From positions 64,794,034 to 64,858,033 of the forward strand of contig NC_092372.1 of the NCBI RefSeq assembly GCF_030028105.1: DNA of 64,000 nucleotides, in the 5' to 3' direction. The DNA is from Mobula birostris. Lineage: Eukaryota. Made by a program: the position numbers and the translations under genes. Position 1 is the first letter of the stretch, and every line of letters begins with the position of its first letter. Under the pieces are notes generated by a model. That model was not told the origin of the DNA. It saw only the letters and a list, made by a program, of their open reading frames with translations, and ran no database searches. Below are positions 12,989-27,319 of the stretch, piece after piece.

Positions 12989-13287
12989 TAATCAATTGAT
13001 TGACTATGTTCTATTTTAACTCTTACCTAAATCTACGATAGTAGCCTTTCAGGTGCGGAACATTTGCAAGGTATCAGAAAACATGTTGGGAATTAAATTC
13101 AGTGAAAACTTCAACTCTGCTTCTGCTGCAAGTTCACAGGGCTACAGAACCTCTGAAAAACAATGTTATTTAGACAGTTTTTCTCAAATTCTCCACCTAT
13201 CCTTGAATGCCTGACCTCATAGTAATTACAGAACTTGGTATATTCACATGGTATATAATTTTCAAAAGGACGAAACAGGTTATTTTA

Positions 13288-13485
13288 TCATAAGACTATA
13301 AGACCAAGGAGCAGAATTAGGCCATTTGACCCATCGAATCTGCTCCGTCTTTCCATCATGGCTGATTTATTATTCCTTTCAACTCCATTTTAAGCCTTCT
13401 CCCCATAACCTTAAATATAGCCATTGACTTGGCCTGCACGACTGTCTGTGGCAATGAATTACACAGATTCACCATCCTTTGGCTC
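13288..13485 (-). mobile_element. CR1 LINE 3' tail
   Basis: cataagactataagacc..ggagcagaattaggccat..tctgctccg..catcatggctgat; reverse complement of the CR1 ends at 36450-36535 and 61460-61517. Confidence 0.8.
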
Positions 13486-14984
13486 CTTCTAATATATTTC
13501 TGACAGGCATTACTTGGTTTATTTTCAGAGTGGTATTCTTTAATTTTGCACTTAATAAAATAAATCTATTATTTAGCCTGTTATTGATGCAGGACTAATT
13601 AGTTTGTAGTTGCCTTCTTCTGTTTTATTAACTTACTTGAAAGTAAGTACCATATTGGTTTTCTTGCATTCAAATAACTGCAGGCTACTAGTGTCTTTCC
13701 CAAGAATGCTGCTGGAAGGTAATCAAATAATGGGTGAACTGTTTTCAATTTATCTCAGGACTTCAAATCTATTTTGCAGGGAGCTCCACTCTTTGCTCAT
13801 AATGCTGTCATAAACTGTGCTCATTTCTTGATCCTTCTATTAATGCAAGTCTCTTTTTCAAGGTTTTGGTAATCACTTTATCTTTGCCACCAAAAATTTT
13901 GTCAAGTTTGTGTTTCGTATTATAGCATCTGCAATTTAAAAATCAAATATGAATTGATTAGACACAACACAAGAATTTTTTTCTCTCTATTTTACATGAT
14001 ATAATCTTATTTGGGTGTCAGGATCCTTTATTCTGTAATCTAATAACCCTTGGTAAATATTTATTATGTATGTTCAGTTGCAGGTACCTGCATTCTTTCA
14101 TTTCTTCCCTATCAACATTTTCTTATTGGAAATAATGTTTTTTCCCACATTTATGGTACAGTTATTGCTTCTATGGCAAATAGAAGTGAATTAAAGGAGA
14201 AAATCTCATATTACTTCCCCGCTATTCAAGTGCTAATCTGGGTACCATGATTACCCTTATTCTGCACCAGTTCCCTCACAGCAGTGTATACCTTTCCCTT
14301 CCTCTTAATCTATTCAAACTCATCACAAGTTATTTTACTAGTACACATTACATTTCCTTGCTGACTCTTTAATATTATACAAGTACTGACTTGCACATTT
14401 ATTGAATATCACTAACTACCAAATTTCATCTTAGTTTCTCCACAATATGCTGTGTGAGTCACGTTCTTGTTACTGGCCTCACGTGGTATCCCTAGAACAT
14501 GGTATCAGAATGTGTTCTTGCAGTGAACTTACTGCCTCATATTCTGGACCTCTTCGTAACTTCCAGTTTACTTTTTTTGCTACATATCCCCATTATTGCG
14601 ATCCTACACTTCACTTACGTGTAATACATCAGTTTGTTTCTTTTCCTTTCGGACGATGTATATTAGAAGAACTCCTTGAATTGTATTTGTTGTCCTGCCA
14701 CAGGATATGTCCAGGTAGCTTCTTTGTTTTTCTCAGGCTATAAATGGTTCCAAAGCCAATGGAGGAAATTGAACTGTTTTCTTGGTATAATCCAGATCAA
14801 CCGGATCCTCATAAGTATAATCCTCATACTTTTCTGGAGGTATGGTGGTGTGGATGGTCAATTTAAGGTCAATTTAATGGCCAATTTCAGTCATATTGTG
14901 ATATCATAAAGTCAATACAATACAGAGGAGAGTCATGTTGCTCCACCGAGTCTCTGCTAGTTCGTTATAGAATGATCCTACATT

Positions 14985-15174
14985 CCACTTTCCACTATTC
15001 ATGCCTTGTGGCGCATTGGGCAGCACTTTTGCCGTTTCCGTAGTATTTGACTGTTTTTTACGAGGGCAAATTGCTAGCGCAATGCTCAACACAGTACGCA
15101 AGGGGCTGGCCAGATTCGAATTCAGGACCATTTGCCTCCAAGTCTGTGCTGATACCACTACACCACTGCCTGGC
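14985..15174 (-). mobile_element. tRNA-derived SINE (probably RTE-type tail)
   Basis: Minus strand has an A-box-like TGGTGTAGTGG and a B-box-like GAATTCGAATC; tail cccaatgcgccacaaggc is shared with 57180-57307. Confidence 0.75.
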
Positions 15175-18069
15175 TTTTTCCCATTATACTCTTATTGAAT
15201 TGTGTCTTGCCTTGCATATCCTTTGACAATCTGTGAAAACTCTTGGTGAAAGGCCACTTTGAAGCTAGAATAGATTATTTTTGAATGACTTCCCCTTTCT
15301 GAGCTTGAGATGGCTCTAATTCAGAAATATCAGTGGCTTAATGAATGATTTTGGTTCTGAAGTAGACTGGCCCTGAGCCTCTTTATCTGACACATTAGAC
15401 ATAGATTTAGACATAGCTAGTCTACTACAGGGAGCTTGCTGGTTATTACCTCATGAATGTTATACCACGGCACCAGCCTGCTAATAGGTCTTAGAGAGAG
15501 GAGCATTTCGGAACTGAAAAATGAGAATTAAAATAGATTGGTTTGGAGTCAGTTAATGGAAGGTAGGGTTAGTGCTTGCCAGACACAACTTATGTTGGAT
15601 TAGGGATATCTCATTTTTATCCCCATTCTGAATTCTGAAGATTCTGTTTTGAAAATTCAGCTTATTGGACAAGGCATGCAGTGTTCTATTTCTGAGTGTT
15701 TATGCACTTCCTGGAAGCTTGACTCCAGACTGATTGGCATGGTTTTCATTTGCTAAGACACTTTTTTCCAGTTCAGAACTCCCTCAAAAAGACATCAACA
15801 GATGAAAAATTTGTGTCTGATTTGATTTCCAATCACACTAGTTGAAGGAACAGCAGTTCTCATTTACCCAGATATCCATTGGCTCTCATTCATTGAAGAG
15901 CCAACACTGTTTCCATTGCTGTTGCTGAGATCAACGAATGTGTCAACAAATGTCACCTCACTCTTGTTCCTTAACTGTTTTGCTTGTTGAGTTTAAATTC
16001 ACAGGCACTCTCAGTTCTGCAGACTCTGGATTATTTGAGCTTGTCAGCTTTTGCAGTCTGTGTGCTCAAGGAGAGAGAAGGTCAGCTAGATTTCCTTCAG
16101 CCTACAGGTGCATGTAAACCAAGGATGGAGAATTTCCTGTACTGTAGGTTTCTCCAAAATGCAAGCATTCATCTACTTACATCCACCTCTCAGACATCTT
16201 ATTGCTCAGTCTGTTTTAATGGTCCTAGTGGATCTCTGTGTTCACTTTGCATAAAGAGGGGCTGTTCTGCATAAGACTACCCCGGACTTTCTGATGCCTC
16301 TGGAAAGATCATCTGTTATTACAGCAGATATTCATTCCGTTGCAACACTCTCCAGAATTGGAAGAGTGCTGCTTACATTGTTACACATTGTTATATACAC
16401 CTTTAGGAGCGGGCTGCAGAAATGAAGCCTGTGAGGGGCAGTTGTGAGAACTTGATAGAGATCAACACAGGACAATATGCTGTCACTGGCAAGTTATGCT
16501 TAATGCATTATTATACATGAAAGCCAGACAGCACTGTTCTGCAAAACCCAGAATCCTGTTGTCACAAACAACTCGGTGTGATCCACCATGCTGTTTTAAT
16601 GTTATTAATGCCATATTGGTTTTTCCCTTTTGGAAATTCAAAGAGCATTCGTTCATGGATAATAGCCATAGCACTTTACAACTATCTCCTTTATTTATGA
16701 AATAATTTCTCAGTACCCTGGAGATTTCCACTCTATTCACTTTATATAGATTTTTTACTTTATTTATATGAGCCCCAATGCTCGCATGGTGTGCATTTGA
16801 TAATGTATTGTTTGTGTTATCTCTTTTTTAAATCTGAGAAAACTAGCTAAATAATATACTACCTGTGCTTATCCCCTCATTCAATAGTAAATAGGTCTCT
16901 AAGGTTTTTAAAAGCTCTATAACTATTGACTCACTGCTAATGTATAGGAAGAATTTTCTGACATTGTGTTTAGTTGAAGCCCAAGAAAATCAGCATTGAA
17001 AGGGATAGAAATGCCACTTTTGCCATTTCTCCAGTGTTTTCACTGATAGTGCAAAACTTCAGAGTAGTATCCATCAGCCAATGTGATAGAACATCCACGT
17101 CAGGGTGCAACTATAGAAGAGTGTTCTGCTGGTGCAGTTCATATGGAAGTCCATTCATAGTTCAGTATTTCCATGGGATTTCCATATCTTACTGTTTCAG
17201 AAGCAAAGTAAGTTTGAATCATGGAATGTTGGGAAAGAGCAGGTAAAAGATAGGTGTGGCATCTCCTGCAGTTGCCAGGACATAGACAGAGGGTATTGTG
17301 GGAGTATCAAGCAGAACATTCCAGAGGGCAGAGTCTTTAAAGAGACTGTAAAGGGGGGGGGGGGGGTTGTAACTAATGGTGATCCATTGAAAAAGTTCAT
17401 GGAAATTGTGAGGATGATCCATTGAATAATGATAGCAGTCACAAATGATATTCACTTCCTGGGCTTCTTGCTCTTTTTTTTTTTGCAAAGCTGGCTTTCT
17501 AAATACAGCAGCTGTTATTTATAAGATCAGAAACAGATGTCAGTAAACTTCCAACTAATATTGCTTTGTTTAATTTCTGGTCAGAATTGAGAGTTGGTCT
17601 TCATTTCCTAAAATGTAAGTGGAAAGCATTAATCAGCTTGAAGTTTAAAAGCACTGTTTTCTAAATAAGCTCTGTATATAGCAGGTATCTGTCTGTAGAA
17701 AACAGATGCTAGATCACTGCATCAGATTGTTGCTCAGGAGTGCAGAATACACCAATGTGTTGTTTAATTTGGCATGTTTCAAAACAGACAACGGAAGCTT
17801 GCAAGCCAGAGAAATAATATAACTTAGCATATCAATAAATGATCTATTAATGCTGGGCTTTCTATGTCCTCAAAGAATTAATGGTGGGTAGCTGAGAAAC
17901 ACCTATGTTTTGGGAATCCTTTGAGTTTTGGAAATGCCTTATGTTTTAGAAATGGTTTGTAATTTAGAAGTTTTCTATAAGTAATCCTCTGTGAGTTTAA
18001 ATTTGTTTTAAGAATATTGTTTGGATTTAAACATGTCTCAATGAAATAAATGAACTGTGTTTTAAACTA

Positions 18070-19485
18070 CTTTGGCAGTTTGAATGGGGCACAACTGTGC
18101 AAACGCGTGAAGGTCGGCCTCTGGGAGAGTTTAAAAACGAGCAGATTAACAGAGCGGGCGATGGAGTAGTGGGAGACAGAGTAGGAAGGCTTTGGCTTGA
18201 GAGGCTTCGTTGAGTAGAGGCTGAGCACGAGTTTGCTCCCAGTGAGGTAAGGCCGGGTAAGTTCCTTTAATTAATCAAATTAACTTAGAAGTAGGTAATG
18301 GAGGCAGTTAAATGCTCCGTTTGCAGTATGTGGGAAGTCAGGGTGAGCATAATCGTCTCTGATGACTACACCTGTAAAAGGTGCATCCAGCTGCAGCTCC
18401 TGACAAACCAAGTTAGGGAACTGAAGCTGGAGCTGGATGAACTTCACATCATTCGTGACGCAGAGGCAGAAATAGACAGGAGTTTCATGGAGACAGTCAT
18501 CCCTAAAAGTCAGGAGGAAGCTTAGTGACTGTCACGAGAGGGAAGGGGAATAGACAAAATGAGCAGAGCACCCCTGTAGCCATTCCCATCAATAATAAAT
18601 ATACTGTTGGTGAGGATGACCTACCAGGAACAAGTTGCAGTGGTCGCGTCTCTGGCACCGAGACTAGACCCTCCCCTCAGAAGGGAAGGAGGGAAAAGAG
18701 GAGAGCAGTAGTGATAGGGGATTCAATAGTTAGGGGGATAGTTGTGGGAGAGATATAGAATTCCGGATGGTCTGTTGCCTCCCTGGTGCCAGGGTCTGCG
18801 ATATCTCGGATCGAGTTCTCAGTATTCTCAGGAGGGAGGGTGAGCAGCCAGATGTCGTGTCCATGTAGGGACCAATGACATGTATAGGAAGAAGGAGGAG
18901 GTCCTGCAAAGAGAGTTTAGGGAGTTAGGTGCAAAGTTGAAAGACAGGACCTCCAAGGTTGCAATCTCAGGACTGCTACCCGTGCCACATGCTAGTGAGG
19001 CTAGAAATAGGAAGATAATGCACTAAAGGAGTTGCACAAAGGAGTTGGTGCAGGAGGGAGGGCTTCATGTTTCTGGACAATTGGTCCTTGTTCCAGGGAA
19101 GGTGGGACCTGTTCCGACGGGTTGCACCTGAACTGGAGGGGGACTAACATCATGCTGGAACGTTTGCTAGTGCTGCTCCAGGGGGGTTTAAACTAGATTT
19201 GCAGGGGGAGGGGAACCAGAGTGTTAGAGCAGATGGTGAGGTGGAGGAGGATAAAGGTCATGTGAGAACTGCAAGTATAGTGAATGGAGTAAAGCCAGAT
19301 CTAACACATAAAGAGGCTTTGAGGAAAGAGAAGCAGAATAAAGGGTGTAAAGGTAGTAAGGTAGAAGGGTTAAAGTGCATATACTTCAATGCAAGAAGCA
19401 TCAGGAACAAAGGTGATGAATGGAGAACTTGGATACATACATGGAATTATGATGTAGTGGCCATTACAGGGACTTGGCTGGCTCT
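18070..19485 (+). mobile_element. 5' part of a CR1 LINE: 5' UTR, frameshifted ORF1 (Cys finger, leucine zipper, SGNH/GDSL esterase) and start of the ORF2 APE endonuclease
   Basis: CSVCSMWE..DDYTCKRCIQLQLL..LELDEL (18298); AVVIGDSIVRG (~18700); LKCIYFNARSIRNK..NYDVVAITGTWL (~19370-19480). Confidence 0.9.
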
Positions 19486-20128
19486 TTAGTGAGAGTTCCC
19501 GTGGTTATCTATATTGGATACGGCTTAAGGTATCAGCTTGAATTTAGAAATTTACGGTCAGCAAACCCAATGTCATCACACAGGGAGGTGGGAAATGAGA
19601 ACAGGAGGTACCATATTCTTTTTTCAAGTCTGTTCCATTTCATAGAGGTGATGAAATTAAACAAAATTCTCTTTAAGAGCAGGTAGTGCCACTGATGTAA
19701 TAATCAATCAAAAGAGGAGATTTGGAGTATCTGACGGAAACAAAGAGACAGTTCCCATAATTCCAGCACTTACTTTGAAGTGAGTGGCGAAGGAGTTAGA
19801 GGAGATGTTGTTCAACTGGAGACCAAGTTCAGATAGACAAAGACATATAGTGATAGAGTTGAGGTGGAAGTTGGGGGGGGTTGCGTGGGGGGTGGAGTGG
19901 AAGATTCATTGGCTATCAAGGGAGAGATGAAAGATTTTCAGACTACTATGGATTAGAATTACAAGTTAGTAAATTTGTGCTTTACCTGAAGAGAGGCTTT
20001 GAGGTCTATTTGCCAGCCACATTAATAATTCCATCTATTCCACTCAAAATCTGTTTTCAAACTCTAAATTGCTCAAAGCTCAGCCTAAGCTTCAGAAACA
20101 GCCCCATGTCTTCTGACAAAGGACAACA

Positions 20129-20970
20129 GAGCTTAATGTGAAAAAAACTAAGGAGCTGGTGGTAGACCTGAGGAGAGCTAAGGTACCGGTGACCCCTGTT
20201 TCCATCCAGGGGGTCAGTGTGGACATGGTGGAGGATTACAAATACCTGGGGGTACGAATTGACAATAAACTGGACTGGTCTAAGAACACTGAGGCTGTCT
20301 ACAAGAAGGGTCAGAGCCGTCTCTATTTCTTGAAGAGACTGAGGTCCTTTAACATCTGCCGGACGATGCTGAGGATGTTCTGCGAGTCTGTGGTGGCCAG
20401 TGCTATTATGTTTGCTGTTGTGTGTTGGGGCAGCAGGCAGAGGGTGGCAAACACCAACAGAATCAACAAGCTCATTCGCAAGGCCAGTGATGTTGTGGGG
20501 ATGGAACTGGACTCTCTGATGGCGGTGTCTGAAAAGAGGATGCTGTCTAAGTTGCATGCCATCTTGGTCAATGTCTCCCATCCACTACATAATGTACTGG
20601 GTGGGCACAGGAGTACATTCAGCCAGAGACTCATTCCTCTGAGATGCAGCACAGAGCGTCATAGGAAGTCATTCCTACCTGTGGCCATCAAACTTTACAA
20701 CTCCTCCCTTGGAGGGTCAGACATCCTGAGCCGATAGGCTGGTCCTGGACTTATTTCATAATTTACTGACATAATTTAAATATTACTATTTAACTATTTA
20801 TTACTATTTTTCTATTACTATTCTATTACTATTTATTATCTCCATGACTATTACTATTTACTAATAGTAGTATTACTATTACTATTTCTATTACTATTTA
20901 TTATTTATGGTGCAACTGTAATGAAAACCAATTTCCCCTGGGATCAGTAAAGTATGACTGTGACTATGAC
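20129..20970 (+). mobile_element. 5'-truncated young Rex1/Babar LINE, same family as 5644-6589
   Basis: ORF 20138..20737 differs from the 5800..6585 product at about 18 of ~199 residues by my count; expanded (tattactatt)-like UTR; (tatgac)n tail. Confidence 0.92.
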
Positions 20971-21165
20971 AAACTCAATACTAAATTCAACACATTTGGA
21001 TAATCAGCTATTCCTGCTTTACATCTCACATATCCAGTATTTTTGTAGTTTCTGTATCATTGCTTCAGGCTGTTGTAAAAAAATACTTCTTATAACGATG
21101 ATTAGTGAGGTGCAGAGAGATCTGTATTTACTGACAAGTACCTTTATTGTTTAAACTAACAAGTA

Positions 21166-21615
21166 TGTGAATTTATACTCTAAATACTTTGTGGGCACAC
21201 CCGCTAAGTATCCCTGACTCTCCTGAATAGTCAAAGAATAGCAAAGGTTTTACCTGGGCAAAGGAGTTTACACTGGCCAGGCTTTCCTCGTTGTCTCTAT
21301 TCATTCGCCACGTGTTTCATACAGGGTTGCTCACGCTTGTGTCTGCGATGGTTATCCTTCGAAGTTACCGCTGCCAGCACACGTGAAGCATCCACTTTTA
21401 TATCCATTCCTTATCAATTCAAATATCGCATTCCAGTGTCATTGGCCGCAGGTCATGTGTCTGTCATTTAATACCTTGTTATTGGCTCTGCTCCAAGCCA
21501 GCATCCACTAGTTACCCTCTTCTCATTAAGTGACAGTTGATACGTTGTGGCTCTTTGTTCTCAATTAGCAATGAGCTCAGATTACTCCAGGCAGACACCA
21601 ACCCCAACATTCACA
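21166..21615 (-). mobile_element. Candidate solo LTR (450 bp)
   Basis: TGTGAAT...ATTCACA inverted termini, CpG-richer than the flanks, two CCAAT boxes upstream of TATAAAA on the minus strand; no matching TSD. Confidence 0.45.
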
Positions 21616-22704
21616 AACCTGCAAGTTATAGCCAACCAAAGGACATCTCATAAGTAACCTCCCATTTGGAAATGATTTCCAGTCCAGCAGATTACCCGAA
21701 GTATCATTGTGTTTTCTTCAAAACATTGATCAAGCTCACAAAATGGAAAATAGAGTGTCTTCACAAAAAGGCAGCCTCCACCCCCAAGAACAAAGCCAAT
21801 TAGACTATCTGCTTCCATTGTCCTTGATTCATTTGAATTCTCTGATTGTAGACTGTCATTCCTTCTGGCCAACAGGGCAACACAATAGTTTATTCATTTC
21901 CAACCTGCACCTCTGTTGGATATTTATTTAGATATTCCTCAATGTCTATCACAGTTTTTCAGTCCTCCCTACCACCACTTTTTTTCAATTTATCTTTCCT
22001 AGCTCCATTCAATTAGAGACCTTCCCCGTCATTTCTCATCACCCCTCCACTACCCCCACATTTGTTATGCTTATTTTATGCATCTTGTTTTTTGTTTTAT
22101 CTTTAAGTTTTTGGTGAGAGTTTATTAACCTGAAATATTAACTATATTTTTCTTTTCTTTGATGATAATTGCTTACTGCAGCATATTTTTTTTACCTGTA
22201 GATCAGTCTTGTATGGACCTGAATACTTAAAAACTGCTAAAAAGTTTCAGTCCTTGTTTCGGGTATGGAAATCTGCCCTGATTTTTATCCAATAACAATA
22301 TAACAGGTGGGCAGTAATTGTCTTACTAATGATAAGTATGTTTTTCATGTTTGCTAAATTTGATTGAATCCCTAGGATGGAGTTTAAGGTAGATTTTAAA
22401 ATAAGGTAATAGAGAAAATCATATCTGAAACAGATACATTTCAGACAAGGATCTTTTTTATTCCACAAACTTAAATAAATAGATATTTGAGATGTACTAA
22501 TCAGAATTTTCCAGACTCTAGTTTCAGAAACTATGCCTTCAGATAGGAATATCATTTATTATTGCTTCTTTATTTACTACAAGAGTAGTAAGACAACAGG
22601 TAACTACAAGCATACACTTTGGGCTGCTCAGCAGGAACAAAAGAAAGAATTGGATCAAACACAATTTTTGCTAGCAAAGTAGAGAATTTCCTGGAGGATG
22701 TCAG

Positions 22705-23395
22705 GAGTATCATTGGCATATGTTGTGAAATATAAATAAGTAGAACAAAAAGAGAGGAAAAGTTACCGAAGTAGCATTCATGGGTTCATTGTCTATTGAG
22801 AACTCTGATGGAGGAGTGGTTGAAGCTGTTCCTGAAACACTGAGCATGTGTCTTCTGGCTTATGAACCTCCTCCTTGATGGTAGCAATGAGAAGAAGGTA
22901 TATCCTAGATGATGGGACTCATTAATGATAAATACCACCTTTTTGAGGGATCACTATTTGAAGATGTCCTGGGTACTGGGGGTGTGGGGTGAGAGGCGAT
23001 TAGCGTCCATAATGGAGCTGGCAGAGTTTACAACTTTCTACAGGTTTTTCTGATCATGTGCAGTGTCCCTTGCTTACCAGAAAGTGATGCAACCTGTTAG
23101 AACGCTCTCCACACTATATTTGTAGAAATTTGTGAGTATGTTTGGTGACATACCAATTCTCCCCAAACTCCTAATGAAATATCGCCGCTGTCATGCCTTC
23201 TTTATAATTGCATCAATATGTTGGGCCCAGAATAGATTCTCAGAGATGTTGAAGCACAGTAACTTGAAACTGCTCACCCTTCCCACCTTCTGATTCTTCA
23301 ATGAGGACAGTTGTGTGTTTCCTTGACTTCCCCTTCCTGAAGTCCACAGTCAATTCCTTGGTCTTACTGACATAGAGTGCAAGGTTGTTACTGCC
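22705..23395 (-). mobile_element. Old Rex1/Babar LINE 3' fragment
   Basis: Reverse complement resembles 56490-57180 (..FKLLCFNISENLFWAQHIDAIIKKA..; HHLGYTFFSLLPSRRRF..). Confidence 0.75.
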
Positions 23396-26333
23396 TTGGG
23401 AGGTATACAACTAAACTTCATGCAACAAACACTAAACTTCATTCTTACAGAAAAGAGCTGGCCCAAAATTCAGGAAAGTTATCGATGGACTTCATCTACT
23501 GTTAATATCAAACATGGGATTATGACTACAATCTCTCATAGGGAATAGAATGACCTAGCACATTTGACAAAACCAGCTGATAGAAATCAATTGGAAAAAT
23601 TGAGATGAGTAAGTCACTAATGAATAAACTGACCAGATTTGTTGAAAAATTTATCAGTTTTTGTTCTCTAGAATGAGGCACATATTTGTAAGGTGAGTAG
23701 TCAGGCATTTAAGGTTTATGATTAGAAGAATTTATCTACTATAATCTTTACTAAGAAGGTTGTAAACTTTTGGGATTTTGGAACTCTGGATTCTCAGAGA
23801 ATATTCAAGAAGGGATTGGTAGACTTTGGATACCTAAGAAACGATGTATCATGCAGCTATGTGATTTCAACTGGATCTTAATGAATTATAGAGCAGATTC
23901 GGGGATGGGGGAGTGGGGAGTGATCACATGCCCAGTTCTACTTAAATTTCTAATGAATTTGTGTTTATATAAGGTTATCTATAAGGCATTGACATTGAAA
24001 TCAGTGGAACCAAGTGAATAAAGGCAGGTGCAACAGCCATTCAATCCTAATGCCCATTGACCAAAAGTTAATTTCTCCATGAAAATAATATAAACAATAG
24101 CACAGAAACTTTTGCGATTTGTGGTTATATCATGATGCAATATATTTTAGATTCTAAATTTGTAGGTCTATTAGGAGCCAGAAGCTGCTGGGAAATGGTT
24201 ACAATTCTGTGCCAACTCGTGGGCTTTCTCCAAAATAAATGTGACCAACATCCATATTCCCACATGGACATGGAAACCTTCAAATTGCGGGCTGTTTTTG
24301 ACAATTTCAATTTCATATTAAACTGAACACTTCAAAGAGTCTAACAACGCATGCTTCTCTTATGATTCCCCAGCACCCACACTGGTGAAATCACTCACTG
24401 AAACTAAGACAGAAAAATGGCTTTGAGGAAGAAGTATATGTATTGGCTGATTTAGATGTTTTTGGTTATATCAGTTCAATTAAGTGCCTTTAAATTTGTT
24501 CTACTGTTGTACGTGTTTTTAATTTTAATAGTTTTTAAATGTTTAAATGATAATTAAAATTACATATTGAATCTTTCTGAATGTCTTGGACTGCTTCTAT
24601 TGACATCAACTGCCATTATCATTAGCTCCATAGATATAAAGAGCCCAGGCACATAAATAATGTTAGCTGACATACTACTTTTCAAATGTCAAGAGATATC
24701 CCAAAGATGAATGGAAGTTGGAAGCTGGAACCCACTTAAACTATCCATACTGAAATCTACTTTAATTATGGATGGGTTGTAATATGGCTGCTTTTTAAAA
24801 ATGATAACCAAAACAGCAACTCATATGTTGAGGATTCTAGTACCAGCATTAAAAAATAACATCAGTAACGTCGGTTTAAGGAATCTATTAAATAAAATCT
24901 GATAAATGTTAGCACTGTGCATCTCTCAGAGATGCATGGTGGTTTTAAAGGTATAGTTTGCAAGATTTTAAATTTTGAATGTCTGTGAACAAGACTCCAA
25001 CATATCTTCCAGGTATTAAACTGCAAATCATTGCTTATAAAGGCACTTTTGAGTATGTCCCACCCCCTCCTTTGCACCTTCCGCCGCTGTTGAATACAAT
25101 GGAAAATGGTGGGGAAGCAAAATATTGACACTTGTATTTGATTAAATATTCAGGGCCAGCTGTGCTGCATGTAGCAGGACTGGGAATTGAGAAGCACAAG
25201 AACCAAACTGACTGACTTAAATGTCTTCTTAGTGCTTTAACTATGGGTTTTTAAGGTAGACCAAAAATGATGGAGGATTAATATCCAGACCTCAGTCCCA
25301 TTTCCCAATATGCTATTAATTAGTAATGCTAATTTCTGAATCTGCAGGTGTTAGGGGGCAATGAGGTGATGGGGAAAGGTAGTTGGGGTGGGGCCTGGCA
25401 GGAAATATGGAAAGATGATGATTTGTGTGATTGATCATTGATCATTGGACCATAGCCAAATTGTAGTGTAGGAGGATAGCATCAGTCAATGAATTGGGGA
25501 GATAGATTGTGTGGGTGTGGTGATTGATGCTCTTAGGTTAGGTTCTCTTGTGTAAGCACAATGTTGGTGAATTTTTATATACTGGATAAAATATATAGAT
25601 ATCTGGAGGATTTATCATAGTTTATGTTTAGGTGTGCACTTTTGTCCTGAGTCCACCAGCATCTAGTTCTTTTCACAACTGCAGATAAAAATGAAATAAG
25701 AGGTTACAAATAAATAAGTCATTGCTCCAACAAGCATATCACCTGTGGTAGCTGTTCTGTATCTCAGAAGACATGGGAAAGGCATTCATGAACCATTCTA
25801 AAGGTCATTAAATTGGTGCATTGAACCAGAAGATGAAGTGATTGCTCAATACAAAAGAAGGAAACAAAACTCTGCTGAATTTTTCTGTAGGTTAGTAAAT
25901 CTGTCACAGATTGAACATCCATGGGTTTTGTTGTTCTGATTGTTTCTGAAGTTAGAAACTTCAGCTGAAGAGTTACTTTTGATGAAAGCTATTTGTTTCT
26001 GATTTGCCTAGTATTTCAAATTCAACAACAAACTATTGAAAATCTTTTGTTCAATTTTAACCCAACCCTTCAAAAGAACATGATAATTACAATAAATTAG
26101 CATCGCTGCAATTAACTGCCAGTAGTAGGCGTACAGTTGATTTATCAACTAGAATTATTAGGTTTGTTTACAAATATAGTGGGTATAGAGGGTGTTTCAA
26201 TAGTGTTATTCAGACAATGTCAATTCAGCAACCTATTAGCTAACTTGCCTGATTTCTATTATCATTGATGCCAGTGTGCCAGTGGAAATAAAAAAGCTGG
26301 GGAAGTGTTTAATGTGTCACCAATAGGTCTTGT

Positions 26334-26547
26334 NNNNNNNNNNNNNNNNNNNNNNNNNNNNNNNNNNNNNNNNNNNNNNNNNNNNNNNNNNNNNNNNNNN
26401 NNNNNNNNNNNNNNNNNNNNNNNNNNNNNNNNNNNNNNNNNNNNNNNNNNNNNNNNNNNNNNNNNNNNNNNNNNNNNNNNNNNNNNNNNNNNNNNNNNNN
26501 NNNNNNNNNNNNNNNNNNNNNNNNNNNNNNNNNNNNNNNNNNNNNNN
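26334..26547. other. Assembly gap (214 N)
   Basis: Run of n characters. Confidence 1.
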
Positions 26548-27319
26548 GAATGATTTGCGATCTTTAACTAAGTATATTGACAGACACTACGTGATTTATT
26601 TTGTGGAGTGTTACAGCTAAGTGATGTGGCTACTTGAAAAACAAATGAATAAGGAACTTAACTATCCAATTGCAATCTATCAATATAGGCAGTGTTTCAC
26701 AGCCTTCTTGTTGTTTACCTAAAAAAAAAATGCTGATCTTGGTCTATAACTTTGAAATGACGGAAGAAGAGATGTTTATTCTCCAAGCAGCTCCCTTGAT
26801 GAACTTCATGTTATTTAATGATGAAAAGTATTACTGTGGCAGCTCACCTCTGTCTATCGCTCCTGAATTGAGACTTCCTATTATCAGCTTTTTACAGTAT
26901 TGACTCCATTGTTATCTGTGGACTCAATTTATTTTGATCCACTCTGGTAGGCACAAGTGGTTGAATTGGGCGTACAGCCATTAATTGGCCGAAGGTTTCA
27001 GCAGTAGGCAGAAGGGGCAGCACTTAAGGGCCATCTGCCAGTAACATACTTACTCAGGTTAATTGCATCTAATGGCAGGTAGGGAATGTCACATCTTGCT
27101 TACTTTTTCACTTCTTAAATAAAACAAATATTGAAATATTCATTTGGCTGGACAATATCAATAGACAGTTGGTGACATTTCATAAACTCCAGATTAGAAA
27201 ATAGGCATCTCACAAACAGACTTCCTAACATCATTTCAGAAATGGGCTTGCTTGCACATATTTCAGCTACATTTGCAAGCTATCAGATCATGTAGAAGCA
27301 CTTGCACACAAGCAGAATT

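Noticed and set aside
15095-15174. tRNA gene on the minus strand
   Set aside because: Degenerate B box and followed by a SINE body and tail; it is a SINE head, not a functional tRNA
26305-26620. ORFs containing X runs
   Set aside because: Artefacts of the N gap
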